The position numbers and the translations under genes were made by a program. A stretch of 64,000 nt of DNA. It comes from Marsupella aquatica (taxonomy: Eukaryota; Plantae; Marchantiophyta). The DNA is taken from NCBI GenBank assembly GCA_973895155.1, contig OZ316894.1, forward strand, positions 12,316,828 to 12,380,827. Reading direction: 5' to 3'. The notes below the pieces were generated by a model that was not told the DNA's origin, did not search any database, and worked only from the letters and a program-made list of their open reading frames with translations. Below, piece by piece: positions 1-12,817 of this stretch. Within the stretch, counting starts at the first letter, position 1. Each line of letters opens with the position of its first letter.

Positions 1-689
1 TCTGTGTATGACTAGGGATGTGTGTTATATGGACTTGTGTGTCGTCATTACAGCGGAGCACCGTGCTACGCATTGTTAAGGTTCACAAGTTAGCTTAAGA
101 GGAATATACGTGAATATACTTAAAAGTCCATCCGCAAAAACCCTAGGAAACCTTTCACTCGTGATCGCAACTCGCTGACCAGGGTAGCTGAATTTTGGTA
201 GGAATCCCTTTGCATTAAGCTTGTGGGAAATCAACTCTTAAGCGCTTACAGCAGATCAAGTTTTCTTCCAGTGATAGTCATATTTCCTGGCATTCTGTTT
301 GAAGTAGGTGTGCTTTTTTTGTCTTTTCTTCTTTCGAGCACAAAAAGTGAGAATCAGGAGGAAGAAACCTCTTAGGGCATATATTAGTATGTCATCCAGG
401 GTCTGTGTCTCTACTCCCTCATGACCTGTAGTCATGAGCGTCTGGGTAGTGTTCTTTCCCTATTACAATTTCGTATATAACCTGTAAGATGTTGTCGAAG
501 CTGCATTCGTACATGGTGCTCTGGCTGTTTTCATCAAGAAGCTCATCGTACTGTAATCTGAAAGGTCATCTGGATAATGCAAAGACACTGTACGTCATCA
601 CGATCATACTGTATTCAAACTTGCCCTAGATGTATTGAGGTTGTCTCGGTTGGTCATGAGGCAGAGTTGCTGTGGTCTTATTTTGACAG

Positions 690-2688
690 GCCATTCAGAC
701 CCAGAAAAGCTAAAGTCAACTGCGCAGGAAGTGCAGGGGATGACTCCACAACAACTTGAGAAGCGTCAATCAGAATTGAAGGTGATTTGATACTCGAAAG
801 ATTTAACGTTTCGTTTCACCATACAAGTGATGGCGCCCGCTAATTTAAACTGTTTTAGGCATGTAGCGTGACCATATAGGCATTTACGGAGATACTCTGG
901 TTGTTCTAAAGCACTCGTTCTTTGTTGTCACAGGAATTAAGGGAGAAATTGCGCATGAATTCCGACGCAGACTTGATGAAAATCTCTCTTGCTGACCTCC
1001 AGAATGATTCATCGCCTGCTGCTGACCGGCAGCGTGCTTTACAAGAGCTACTGGAGCTTGTGGAACCTATAGATAATGCTCTTGGTAATTTTCCCCAAGC
1101 CCAATGTTAACTGAACTCGGATACTTCCATGGCAGAAGCCTTCGCTATCTTGATGTGTTTGAACTTTTTGAATTGTTGTGGTCCTCTTTCTTCATCTCCA
1201 GTACTGTGCCTAAAATGACCATATGAAGCCATGACAGATTTGGGTAAACTTGGAGGCCTGGTGGTCGTTACTGGTGAGCTTGAGAGAGATGAAGGGGACC
1301 TTCGAACAACTGCTGCATGGGTTCTCGGAAAGGCCAGCCAAAATAACCCTGTGGTTCAGAACCAGGTTGGATTCCTTGTTGTTCCAGGCTACTGCCACTG
1401 TGTGCGAAATATGCAAGAATTTGTGATCATCTTACCTTCGGGTAGTTTGTATAGGGTAGGATGAGTTATCTTGTCTGCTGACCTCGTAATGAAGTGATAT
1501 ATTAGTAGTTTCTTAATAAGGCTAGCAGTCCTTCTTCAACAATCACGGAGAGGTGGAAATGCTCACGGACGGAGGTTTACTAGATAGGATTGAGAAAGTT
1601 GATTTTCCCCATTAAAATGTTTTACAGTTATTGAGACTCGGTGCACTGCCGAAGCTAATGAAGATGGTGGGTTCAAGTGACAATGAAGAGGCTGTGAAAG
1701 CATTGTATGCTGTATCGGCATTAATTCGAAACTTCCCATCTGGACATGAAGCATTCTACGAGGATGGTGGAGCTGTCTTGCTCCAGGTGAGTTGAATTCT
1801 ACTGTAGTTTAAAAGGAAGTGTTATCATCCTCGAGTTTAGCACATAGTTTAGCATATGACAAGTACAACGGTAGTATAATGTTCGGAGCATGCTTCTATC
1901 TTTGTGACCTAGCTCACATCGTGGAGTCGATCATGACAGGTGTTGCTTAGTGGTGACGACGTTGATGCCAGGCTTAAGAAAAAGGCACTGTCCCTTCTGG
2001 CAGAGTTGGCAGAACATCAAACAGAGATGGAGGGACAAATTTCAGATGGGCTGCATGACAAATTACTCATCTCTGTTGTCAAAATAGCCGAAACAGATGA
2101 TTTGGACACTCAAGAAAAGGTGAGTTGTTCTGTTCTAATTGTTCGAGAGTTTCAATAGTTCATTTAACGTCATCCTTCTCGATGGTTAATCACTTATTGA
2201 AGCCTCTTTAAACTAGTGCGACCGTGATGTACCAGCCCTTCTTTGAAGATTGCGATAACAAGCACCGTCTGGTAGAAGTAGTCTTGCATCAATGCTTGCT
2301 ATGATGCTAGGTATTTCTGGTTTCGGTTGGGAGGCATGGATTTGGTTCAAATTTATGCAAAATACTACAGCCTCTAATTTTCGTACTCTGCCCTCTTCAA
2401 CAGTTTTTGAATTCAAAATTCTGGTGTTTTGTGCAGGCATTGCTGGCGCTGCGAAATCTTATAGGTCTGAATAGCAGTGTCTGTGAAAGGCTCCGGAAGG
2501 TGTGTCAGGTAGAGGCTGCACTGGAGAGATTAAGAATGAACTACCAGGTCTTAATACTCGACCCAGAGTTGGCAGACTATATCAGAGATCTAGAGGTCCT
2601 AAGAGATGAGGTTGCTGAGGGCCTAACCCTTTGCACCCAAGGTTCCCATTCATCACAAGATGAAGGTGAACTGTTTGTAGACAGGTAG
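690..2688 (+). CDS. SIL1: SIL1/Fes1/HspBP1-family ARM-repeat Hsp70 nucleotide exchange factor, 5'-partial; exons 690-781, 934-1084, 1238-1365, 1628-1786, 1940-2119, 2437-2688
   Basis: All GT-AG junctions join in frame. The protein reads HSDPEKLK...RQRALQELLELVEPIDNA-DLGKLGGL...AAWVLGKASQNNPVVQNQ-LLRLGALPKLMKMV...EEAVKALYAVSALIRN, as in plant SIL1-like proteins. No start exon was identified in the window. Confidence 0.9.
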
Positions 2689-3148
2689 TCATGGGAAAGC
2701 AGGAACTTGCACATCTAGATAAAAATTATCGAAGTAGAAAATTTTGACCATTCTTTTTTATCATAATCTCTAAAGTTCACCTTAAAATACTTTGCGTGAG
2801 GCAGCTCATGGGGGTGCACTAGCAATCTGGGAAATTTCGAATCCCTCCTGGCCATCTAATTGGACAAGAATGTTTGTCCTCACTCAAATTGAGGGGTGGC
2901 TATGTTCGTACTGACAGTGTCATATGTTATAAAGGAAGTGACAAGTGGTTACTGGTACTTCTGTAAATATATTGTACAAGTAAAAAATTGAGAATGAAGT
3001 TTTCACATCAAACACTATAAGAAGCAATCCCCACAAAAATGAGGAAGGTCTCATACAAAAGCAACAAAGTCTAGAGCAAATCTTAGTTGGTCGCCAAAAA
3101 CTGAAAATTTATTGGTCTGCACCCAAAATGGGGGATGGTGTCTTTACA

Positions 3149-3269
3149 AAAAGTGAAAAGAGCGAAAGCAAACACTAGCCTTCACCGGAAAATGAGTTTC
3201 TCTACACTTAAAAGTGAAAAGAGCGAAAGCAAACACTAGCCTTCACCGGAAAATGAGTTTCTCTACACT
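3149..3269. repeat. Perfect tandem duplication, about 61-bp period x2
   Basis: aaaagtgaaaagagcgaaagcaaacactagccttcaccggaaaatgagtttctctacact occurs twice back-to-back. Confidence 0.9.
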
Positions 3270-4574
3270 GACAGATAGACGCCGACACCCTCTTGTTTCT
3301 ATATTTTTTCATTGTTGGAGATGATTCTTTGGGGCTAGAGTGGTTTTACTTCCCTTGGGTTGTCTCTTCTTTTTAAGGTCCCTCCTAATTTTCTTATCCC
3401 TCCCCTACCAAGCAGTTTATCTTTCCCTGGTTTATTCTAAAAGTTTTCTTTTGCCTCTGCCTTTCCCTTTAAGTTTTGTTTACTTTGCCCTCTTGGGTAA
3501 CTCCTTTTCTTTGTTCCTTTCTAAACCTTTTTCTTCTATTTCTAGCCCTTTCCACCACCCGTAATGTTAGTTTAACTGAGATTTGAGATTCAGCTGTGCT
3601 GCCCAAGAGGTGGTAGCCACTGCTTTGGTGGCCAATTGGAGTATTTAGCTATTTTCAGTATTTGGCTGCAACCCCTGGTAGGTGCAAAGGGGAACTCATC
3701 TAGAAGTTGAGAGAGTTAGAATCCCATAGTGGTAGTGAGCTCATCCAGGATATTGAGGTGGGAAAAGTAGCATTATCTCCCAGGATGGCAGACATTAGAC
3801 GGACAACACAATGTCAGGTTGACTTAAGTTTGCAGTTTGTTCATTTTTAGTCAAAAGATATGGGTTTGGTTTTGTGTTCAGAGCTTTGTGTGGTTTTCCT
3901 TCCTTCTAGTTGACATTTGCAGTTCCATTCCCCTAGTGTGTTTGCATTGCTTTGCAATATGTCAAACAAAGTCCGCTAGCTACTACAGCTTAAGATGGCT
4001 ACATAGTGGGTGGACTCTGTGGATGGGTGGGGAGAGTGGATAGAGTGGTGATAGCTCGAGCAAAGACCAGATGGGCAAAAATGCGTTGTGGGTAAGTCAA
4101 CAATATTTGATAAAAAATATGGGGTGTAGTCAGTAGGACTTTATCAAAATCTACATTTTTAAGAGCCAAAACCAATATCTATTTTTTTGGTGTGAGAAGG
4201 GTCCAAACAGTGTTCATCCCCGTTCCTGTCATAAAATACATATTTCATAGAGAAAAAATAAATTATCATTTGATATGCACTTGACAGATGCACCGTAGGA
4301 TGCTGATGTACCTCACTAGCATAGAAACTAAATTACAAAAGCCCAAAACAAATGACTAACAAGCTTAAAGTTGTGGGAGTCAATCTATGACTACCATAAG
4401 GAAAGCCCATGGGCTCAACACCTAACAGATAACTTTAACAACTTTCCCATAACTTTTAGGGGTGACAAGTGAACAAGAATGAAGGAAAAGGGATATATGG
4501 CATTAGACTGAGGTGAGTCCCTAAGCTCTGCCTTACTATGGGGAGGGTGAATGCAGCCTCCCCCCAATTTTAAA

Positions 4575-5660
4575 ATTTCTTCACAGGTGGGTTTAGTTAT
4601 AGGATGGAACATAAATCCATAAGTAGTTATAATTCTTCACAGGTGGGTCTAATTATAGGACGGAACATAAATCCATAACTAGTTAAAAGGATGGAACATA
4701 AATCCATAACTACTGTCTTCCCCTTAACACAACGCCTGGGCACTGTGTTTGATATGTTTAGGATCCTAAAAGGAAAAAGTTGTTTTTCTTCAAACACAGT
4801 GTCGTAGTAACACAATGCCCAGGCGTTGTGTTCGAAGTTGGCACTGTGTTCGAATAGCTGGCGTTGTGTTTGAAATTGCACCCCGTGTTGGAGAGATCTG
4901 AAGTTGGCGGTGTGTTCAAAATTGCACCCTGTGTTTGAGAGAGATCCTATTTTGTGTTTCCCGCTACATTCGAAGCTGAAGCAAAACTGAAAGAAAAAAG
5001 TTGTCAACAGTTTTTGCAGCATCTGTAGCAATAGTTGCAACAATTTAGGTACCAAAATCTCAAACACACGTACTCGACTGAAAGGGTACTTGGCAACTTT
5101 ATCTCCTTGTGAAACTTCTTACGTGATTGTGCCCATGCACAAAGTTAAAAATCAGATCAATAATGAATCTCTAAACTCCTATTTTGACTTATCTCTTACA
5201 AATAGGTTCATCAAATTTGTGACAGGCTTTCCTTTCGGTAATAGGATAGAGATTCTCTTGGCTCTTTTCCCATGTGTAATTTTAGTGTTTGAATTATCTA
5301 CACATTCCCAAACATTTTCTTTAAGACATCAGTTCTATTTGTGCTTACACCATGAATCAATCTCCTAGCCTTACACACAACGTCTAAACTAAAACACAAT
5401 GTCAAACTCAAACACAACGCCATTTTCGAACACAACATCACAAGTGAAAAAATCCAAAACCTTGTGACAAAATTTGAACACAAGGATGCTATATTCGAAT
5501 ATAGCGCCCCCGGCCCACTATTCAAATATAGCGCCTGGGCATTGTGTTTCGGGGGAAGAGGGTAGTCCACAGCTAGTTATAATTCTTCACAGGGTGGGTC
5601 TAGTTATAGGAGGGAACATAAATCCATAACTAGTTAAAGGATGAAACATCAATCCATACC
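4575..5660. repeat. Degenerate tandem repeat (aattcttcacaggtgggtctagttataggayggaacataaatccataactagtta) split by an inserted TIR element
   Basis: Units occur at 4575-4710 and resume at 5566-5660. Confidence 0.75.
4710..5565. mobile_element. Non-autonomous DNA transposon (MITE-like, about 855 bp) with about 45-bp imperfect TIRs
   Basis: The left end ctactgtcttccccttaacacaacgcctgggc matches the reverse complement of the right end (ctaccctcttcccccgaaacacaatgcccaggc). Many internal cacaacgcc/ggcgttgtg motifs. Degraded TSD tccataac/tccacagc. Confidence 0.65.
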
Positions 5661-7984
5661 TTTAAAGCAATGCCAGCTTATCGTTTAGAGGCCCTACTAT
5701 AGAAAACTTGAGCCGACCTATGTGTCTCCTCTCTCCTCTTCAGCGCCTTTAGTCTTGTCCATCTATCGAGATGGGTTCTGTTCATGGTGTCCAACAACTC
5801 TAGATGGAATAACCCGAGAAAGCACATATCAGGTTCATGTGGAGGGATCCGAGGAAACGCGCATGAAGACATGGGTCTGAGAAGATTGGTGTTGTGGCTC
5901 GATTAGATCTCGAACTATGCCCTCGATTTTGTGTGCTGACAGTTTAGGTTTTGATGTGGCACTTGGAACACAGATAATTATCATAGGAAATTGCTAGCAT
6001 GCCACAATCGAGACGAACAAGATTGGTCTCGAAGAATTGCCTTGATGTTTGTGTTCACACAATTTTCTACGATGGACATCGGAATGCAGATGATTGTCGT
6101 AGGAAATTGTGAGGACAAAAGCATCGAGACGAGCAGGAGAACAGATGATTGGGGGTTTGCGAAGTGGGGACTGTTGAAGAGATCCGGCGTACTGTTTGAC
6201 CGAGGGAAGACCACAGCAGAACGTATCCTATGGTACCCCTGCTGCTGGAGCATTGCTTGAAGGGCTGGTAATGATTCATCTACTTTTTTTTCCTAATTTT
6301 CTGGGCAGCTTTCGTTTTCAACCCGTTGTAATCCTGAGCTGGATCTACAGGACACATGCTGGTCAACTTTGCAAATTCTCTGAAACGACGTGGAAGAGAA
6401 TCCAGATCGACCAACAATGTTCACAAGCTAGTAGACTGATCACGATCTTGCAGGTTGAATTGATATGGATTCACAAGGTAGGTTAAGAAAGAGAACGTTC
6501 ACGAACTTCCGGATTGGATATATATCTTCGTCCAAGGCGGAAACCTCGTTGCTCCATGAACTTGATCGACCAACTCGAAGCCGGCACAAACCCTAAAGGA
6601 TTCGATATAGCCTTAGAGAGTACTGAAGACCAAACGTAGCAAAGACGCCATATAATGACAATGCCGGGAAGATTTTGACACTGGCGGTCCTTCAGCGTCT
6701 GATGACGCTGTTGTGATTTGGTGATCTTCGCTGGGTAAGGTATCCCTCCTGTATGACAGAGTTCCCGTGCTACGTTTCAGCTATACATTGCTCGCCTGAA
6801 GAGATGATGGACTTGCAACTTGACAACATAATTATGGGCTCACAACAAGGCCACTAAGCGTGCCCAGGTCGTACTGGCAATTTTTGAAGTGTGGTGCATG
6901 GTCCTTGTATCTTCCTCACTTCAGTAGTAGATGTGCAAAGGATATCTGGTTTCGTTCTCCTAGCTGTAAGAAACTGCCAGGCTGGAGGATTCCTCAATTT
7001 CAATGGCAACGGTGCCTCCTGAATGGGGGAATTACTTGTTAATGATCGTCGGAGAGGGATCGAAGAGGTGAGAGCAACGGGTATCGTTTGATGTAGGCCC
7101 GATTGCAGATTGTGAATGTCCTACTACGGCTGGTCGAACTTGAATAGGTCCCGTGTCCATTTCTCACAGTATCAAGCCTTTAAGGATGGGGGGTTGTAGA
7201 CCGCGATCATCACAAAGCATGAATAGGTTATCGATATAATTAGAGGCTGGACCAGAAATTCAACGCCATGAATGGACGGCTAGGATAAACACATAAGTTC
7301 CAATTTCGCTGTATTCGTGGATTACACGTTTTTTTCTCCCTGAAACGAAATGAAATTTCAGCAGTGACAAGGTCCACACATGGCCCAACGGGTTGGCTTC
7401 TCAATTTCCTACCATGTACCCGCTACAAGTCCAGGAGGACTACGAAAGACAACGTAGTTTCTAAAGGACTGACGATAATCGGAAATACAGCTTACAGAAA
7501 ATGAAAGGATTTCTGGATTGGAATCTGTCAAAACACTACTCACAAAACAGGTGCCAGTAGCGCAATTGTCGTGTTGAAAATTTATCATCATACAGAACTG
7601 TGGATGCACAAGGCAGAGAACTTCACAACATTCTCCTGAATCTCATCACTCCATTTCACCTCACACTATGACCATTTTAAATCATTCATAATCACACCGA
7701 AAAGGGTATTGAAGGAACGGATTAAGCAAATATCATACACAAACTTTAACTTGTGGAGGAAATGCTCCTAGTCTGAAACAACGGACCCAGACATAAAACA
7801 TCCCAAGGGAAATGGAATTTTGCGACTGAAGGGAGATGTCCATATTTCCACGAACCATGAAAGGGACGATATAATATGCACAATGACGAAAGGAAAATGA
7901 TTCCAAAGCTCAATATCGATACATATATTCCGGAAATTACAAGTACAATGAGAGAATAGTGCCCTACTGTGTGGATAAATAATT

Positions 7985-8713
7985 TCATTTCATCTTGTCA
8001 CTGCCTTGAAACTTGTCCCAAATCAAAGGCCAATTAACCTGCGCCTCCTTCCATCCCAACAATGATCCTTCTCTTGCGGGATCCCAGCTTGTTGACACAA
8101 CTCCATAGGTAATCCCAAAGCCAGCTGTGCCGAAAGTGAACATGGAGACAATAAGAGGCAGCCACTCCGGAACATCCACCTTGCTCACAATTTTGAGATA
8201 ATAGAAGAGGGGAAAGAGGAGCAATCCAAAGCCCAAAGGAACTCCCACCGTAAACGCAATTCTCTGCAACATCCGATTTGTCACAATTTCTGGTACAACA
8301 TCGTCATCATCTACTTCTTCACGCCGATACTGTGGGGACTTCGATGGCACATCCTCTACGGCTGGAGGACTCCCGCGGCTGCTGGTGGCCTCGGAAGACT
8401 CAGAGGGAGTCGTGTCTGTTTTCTTCTCCACCACATTCTTCTTACCAAAGCCCTTGCCACTCGGTGGCTTCAAAGAGGCGACCACCAAAGTCCTCTGCTG
8501 AAGGTGATCATGATGTTGCGAAGCGGACGACAATCCTAAGCCTGAAGAAGAAGATGATGATACGCGAGAGAAGGTGTGACGTGGACTCAGTCCTCTGTCT
8601 CCGGGCTTGAGAAGCTGTTGTTGATGCGATCTCGAAGCAGTGAAGTGGGACGTTGGTGAGAGCGTCCCAGCTCCAGGAGCGGGTCGCTGCGTTTGCGTAC
8701 ACGAGTGAAACAT
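7985..8713 (-). CDS. PAM68: PAM68 (DUF3464) thylakoid PSII assembly factor, single coding exon
   Basis: Ser-rich transit-peptide-like N-terminus and a GKGFG motif, then VPEIVTNRMLQRIAFTVGVP, two TM helices and GVVSTSWDPAREGSLLGWKEAQVNWP. Confidence 0.92.
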   Translation of the reverse strand: MFHSCTQTQRPAPGAGTLSPTSHFTASRSHQQQLLKPGDRGLSPRHTFSRVSSSSSSGLGLSSASQHHDHLQQRTLVVASLKPPSGKGFGKKNVVEKKTDTTPSESSEATSSRGSPPAVEDVPSKSPQYRREEVDDDDVVPEIVTNRMLQRIAFTVGVPLGFGLLLFPLFYYLKIVSKVDVPEWLPLIVSMFTFGTAGFGITYGVVSTSWDPAREGSLLGWKEAQVNWPLIWDKFQGSDKMK

Positions 8714-9046
8714 TGAACCCTAAGCCCAGATCGGGGCAGCGACCACTCGAATTGGCAGCCTCAACACCGAACTGCGAGCTCACCAATTCATTCACAACGG
8801 CATTCGTTGTATTTGGCTGGTCAAGAGAGTGCAGAGTCCGTCTCCGATACTCCACCTATGAGAGATGTGTCACTCTGCTTCAGCTGAGGAGATCCAACAT
8901 GAATTGGGCAGCTGAAAGAGACCGAATCTTGGGCCAGAGCTTGCCCGGTACAGCAATGCGAATGCCACCGCAATCAACAACGGTACACAAATTCGACCCA
9001 CCGAGCAGCCGCAGATTCAGCCGTAAGAGTGACGATTAAAGAGGGC

Positions 9047-9064
9047 CGAGAGAGAGAGAGAGAG
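9047..9064. repeat. (GA)n microsatellite upstream of PAM68
   Basis: Direct reading. Confidence 0.85.
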
Positions 9065-9851
9065 ATTGATGGGCACTCCGAGAGAGGATGTTGGTGCCCT
9101 TGGATGGAGGGCTGACACGGAATTTGATGACGCTTTGCGATGATGAGCGAGGACGGATGCAGCTGTGGATACTGTAGACCCACAAAGGATGAGGCACAAT
9201 GGCGAGTAACGAGTAGGAAGACACTCTTCTTGAACCAGTCTTTTCAGGGTGATGACGCCAAACAGAGCTTGTCTCACCCTCCCCCCCCCCCCCCCCCCTT
9301 CCCAAAAAAAAGAAAAGAAAAAAAAGGGAGGGGCTAGATAGATATGGAATGAGATCACTTTTTTTTTTTTCAGGGAGGGGCTAGATAGATATGGGCTGCG
9401 ATCATTTTTTTCTTTCTTTTTTCTCACTAGCTGAGTGCATGTTATTTGAACGTGACTAGAGACAGGGATAAACAATTGTCAACTCCTAGTCTCTTTACAT
9501 ACTACCCCTACTCCACCTATTCTCTTCACACGTGCATTTTTGCTTTTTGGCAATGTGATATATATTTTGCTTCCGTCTTTATTTGGCATGAAAAATGCTA
9601 AAGTTTGTAAGAGGACTAAGTCAATCATAGGACCAGTAATTTGTAACTATATGAACAACAGGTATAAAGAAACCCATGAGGTTTCCCAGGAAAGAAACCC
9701 ATGGGCTGCCCCATCATTTGATTTTATCTCTAACCTCGAGACATGGTAACGTTCCAAATATCAAAATAAAGTGTCTGGTATAATCTGCGTGTTTATCGTT
9801 AAATGAGGTTTCCAATCAAAGTGCGGATGAGTGGCTAAGCGTGTAGACAGT

Positions 9852-9930
9852 CACCAGATCCTGTTGGCCCAATTAGACATAGATTGCTTTTTTTGAGCTC
9901 CACACCGTTGTCCTCAAACTTGACATTTGC
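9852..9930 (-). pseudogene. clpX: Isolated ClpX exon-like fragment (Walker A region)
   Basis: Translates VKFEDNGVELKKSNLCLIGPTGSG, matching the ClpX motif VELxKSNILLxGPTGSGKT. It ends at a GT donor-like site (TCTG|gtgact). No other ClpX exons were seen nearby. Confidence 0.7.
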
Positions 9931-9934
9931 AGAA

Positions 9935-10320
9935 AACATTACATTGCTTGAAATTTGTTGTTTATACACAAGATGTTGGTGTGTAAACGTTGTCATTTTG
10001 CGCAAGAAATGTTTGCAGAAAAAATGTTCTTTTGCAAAAGATGTTAGTATGTAAAAGTCATTATTTGTGGGAAAGATGATGTGCAAAAGATGTCATTTGC
10101 AGAAAAAGTAATGTTCCGCAAAAGATGGCAGTGCAAAAAAACATCATTATGTGAAAGAAGTTGTTTGTGGGAAAGTTGTTAATGCTTAAGCAATGTTGTT
10201 CGCGGAAAATATGACACTGCACAGAAGATGTCAGAGTGTAAAATATATTTAATTTGTAGAGACGATGTTATTGCACAAATATGATGTTGGGAAGAAGATA
10301 TTATTTACAGAAAAGATTAT
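9935..10320. repeat. Degenerate AAAAGATGT(C/T)RT array, same family as 45770-46340 and 53743-54100
   Basis: Recurrent aaagatgt motifs at roughly 15-30 bp spacing. Confidence 0.65.
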
Positions 10321-10339
10321 CCTCAATACTCACCTTTCC

Positions 10340-10610
10340 TTGTCCCATCCATGCACAAGATTCCTTGTCAACTCTCCTTCAATCTCCCATGAATTTCAAT
10401 TTCAGATTCAATTCGCCATAGCCGTGCAGGATTAATTTTCCATAGCCTCTTGCTCAGTCTCGGAGAGTCGGGTGCTGATAATGTGTTCAATGTAATCTCC
10501 AACTGAAAATGATAACTTCTCCCTCGGGTGGTGTTTATATATAGTGGTAAGGTTACAAGGTGTGTTCCTAACTAGGGTTAGGTTAGTAACTTAACTGTAG
10601 TATCTTAACA
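10340..10610 (-). mobile_element. Bianca-lineage Copia remnant: short LTR (10484-10610), PBS and decayed gag start
   Basis: gtgctgataatgtgtt is the reverse complement of a Bianca-type PBS (AACAcgTTATCAGCAC). It adjoins a 127-bp TG...CA LTR with a TATA box. ATGGCGAAT follows downstream on the - strand. Confidence 0.6.
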
Positions 10611-12015
10611 ATTCTGTCTTTTTTTGCCAATGTTTTCTTCCCAGTATGGTTTTCTTAGCTTTCTACTAGTAATTTAAAATTTATTGTTAGTATTAATCAC
10701 TCTTTTTCTCCAATAAAATAGACTGTGTGGGTACTAGCATTTCCCCTCCTTGATAGGACGGCGAAGGATCCTCCTTGGTCCTTGTGCATGGGTGTTGACC
10801 TCCCCATTTTCCAGTGCCCTGATCCACCAGTCCTCCCTTTTCCAGTTTCTTCTTTGCCTCCTTTTTTGCTTCTCTCTTTCTTTGGCACCCCTTTCCCATT
10901 CTTCGTTGGCTCCCCTTTTGCTTAGTGTTGAGACCATGTCTTCCAGTCCTATTTTCAAATACGTTGCACTTCTCCCTATATTATAGCATGCTCATCCTGG
11001 AACATGCTTTATTTTTTGTCTTGTAGTGATCTGAAAGTAAATAAAATATGAGAGCATAGAAGTGCTGTTATATAAGTAAAGTGTCTGCCAAGAAAAGCAC
11101 AGTGACCAAAAAAGGTACAGTCAAACGATGCTACAATGTGTGCACTTAACTCAGGGTGCCTTATGAATGATACTCCTTTCAATAAAAACCATAAATTTAG
11201 GAAAGAAAAACATGAGGAGAACTTAAGAGGCTATGTATTCATGTTCTTCATCATCATTTCTCTCACTTGTGGTGGTGGAGCCTTTGGTTTCATCTCTAAG
11301 AAAACACATACTGTGAAAGGGGGCTGCCAAAATATGTTCAAAACACTCTAGAATACCTAAAACTAAAGGGGTCTAAAAATTAATTAAAAATGTATAGAAT
11401 ACAAAGGCTGCCCCTTGATAAGGCAGATTGAAATGAAAATACATGACACAAAAATCTGAATAAGACAAAATCTGAAATGTGCATTCACCATATAGCTCCA
11501 CCCCATCCCTCATTCCTTTATTGCCCACTAAGTCCTTTGAACATAAATAAAGACCAATGCAATAAAGAATCTTGCAATACAAATTATTATATATACTATT
11601 TTTGTATCATTTTTGTCCCATCTCTCTTTTATAGTCCACTCTATTTTCTGTTTTGTCCTTATTGGGAGTTACAGTCTAGAGGTTTCACTCTACATAGTAG
11701 CACTCAAAAGTAGCATTGCATTGCGCTTTATTATTAAAACTTCCCCTTTTCTCTTCTCCCTCCCATAACCCCTCCTCTTGCAGCTCTGCCTCAGGCAACT
11801 ATGTCCGCCTCTGCAGGCTTTGAGCGTAGTTCCTTAACAATTGTACATCAGTGGATGCCCAGAGGGTGCCTTTCATATAATGACAATATAATTCAATGGC
11901 TTCTAAGCTAATTTGACCTAGGCAGATCCAACCTGAGCCGACCTCACCTAAGCTGATCTGACCTAAGCCTTTCATTGTGCAAGTGCTTGCGCTCTTGTTT
12001 GTTTGGGTTTGAGTG

Positions 12016-12351
12016 TGTTTAGGTATTAACTCTTACGTCTAGGGTTACGATATATAACCATAGTTAGCCTAACTATGGTTGGAGATGTTGTTAGGTTAAC
12101 TAAATTGCACACTATATATCCTAGCTAGGATAAGTGGAACTAGGGCTTATTGTTACAAAACCACATGAGAGATGAGGAGAGCTTACATTATGGAGACTTG
12201 GTATGGTTGACGGGCTTCGAGTTCAATAAAGTTCTCTTGTGTGTTTTCGTGGACGTAGCCTCAAGGAGATGAACCACGTATCTCTTGTGTTGACTACTTG
12301 TGCGTTGGATGTGTCATGTGCTTACTGTTGCGATTATCGTCTATGCTAAAA
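12016..12351 (+). mobile_element. Solo LTR related to the Tork-like Copia LTRs in this window
   Basis: Shares gtggacgtagcctca...gaaccacgtatctc...cgtctatgct with LTR 36260-36601. TSD gagtg/aagtg. The empty site gtttgagtggtcct is present in the paralogous repeat near 35.67 kb. Confidence 0.8.
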
Positions 12352-12772
12352 AAGTGGTCCTTGCCTTCTTTCTCGCTGTATTCTGAAATGAGAATTCCTG
12401 GGAAATTTTTTTTAAAATGATTCAATTAATCTATGCATCAATGTGGCATAGAAAAACTAGTAAAAAATTAAACCTAATAAATCTTTCCATGATATGTGAA
12501 GGGATGTGAAGTAAAGAATTGTGATTCTTCACTCAACCAATAATACTTTCAAAGTTGTTTTGCATATGGATGAACATCCTTAATGCTAGTTATGTTGAGA
12601 TAAATTGGACAACATGTTGTCATATGGACCTAGAGTACAATATACAATCTATCTTGACATAAGATGTTTGGTTCATCCAGTTTAGGGTGCGCCCATGACC
12701 AAAAGAAAAAATTCACTATTGATGTTCAGCTGAGTATAGTGAAAGTCACAAGCTGTGCTTTCATGACACAAT

Positions 12773-12775
<3 letters not shown>

Positions 12776-12812
<37 letters not shown>
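12776..12812. repeat. (CT)n microsatellite
   Basis: Direct reading. Confidence 0.9.

Positions 12813-12817
<5 letters not shown>

Noticed and set aside
3340-3564. Hydrophobic 74-aa ORF (also 10725-10986 and 45033-45239)
   Set aside because: T/C-rich low-complexity DNA yields Leu/Phe-rich pseudo-membrane peptides.
4627-5067. 146-aa ORF
   Set aside because: Runs through the MITE subterminal repeats and the minisatellite; no transposase motif.
8278-9475. Multiple ORFs overlapping or upstream of PAM68
   Set aside because: Shadow frames or low-complexity promoter/UTR sequence.
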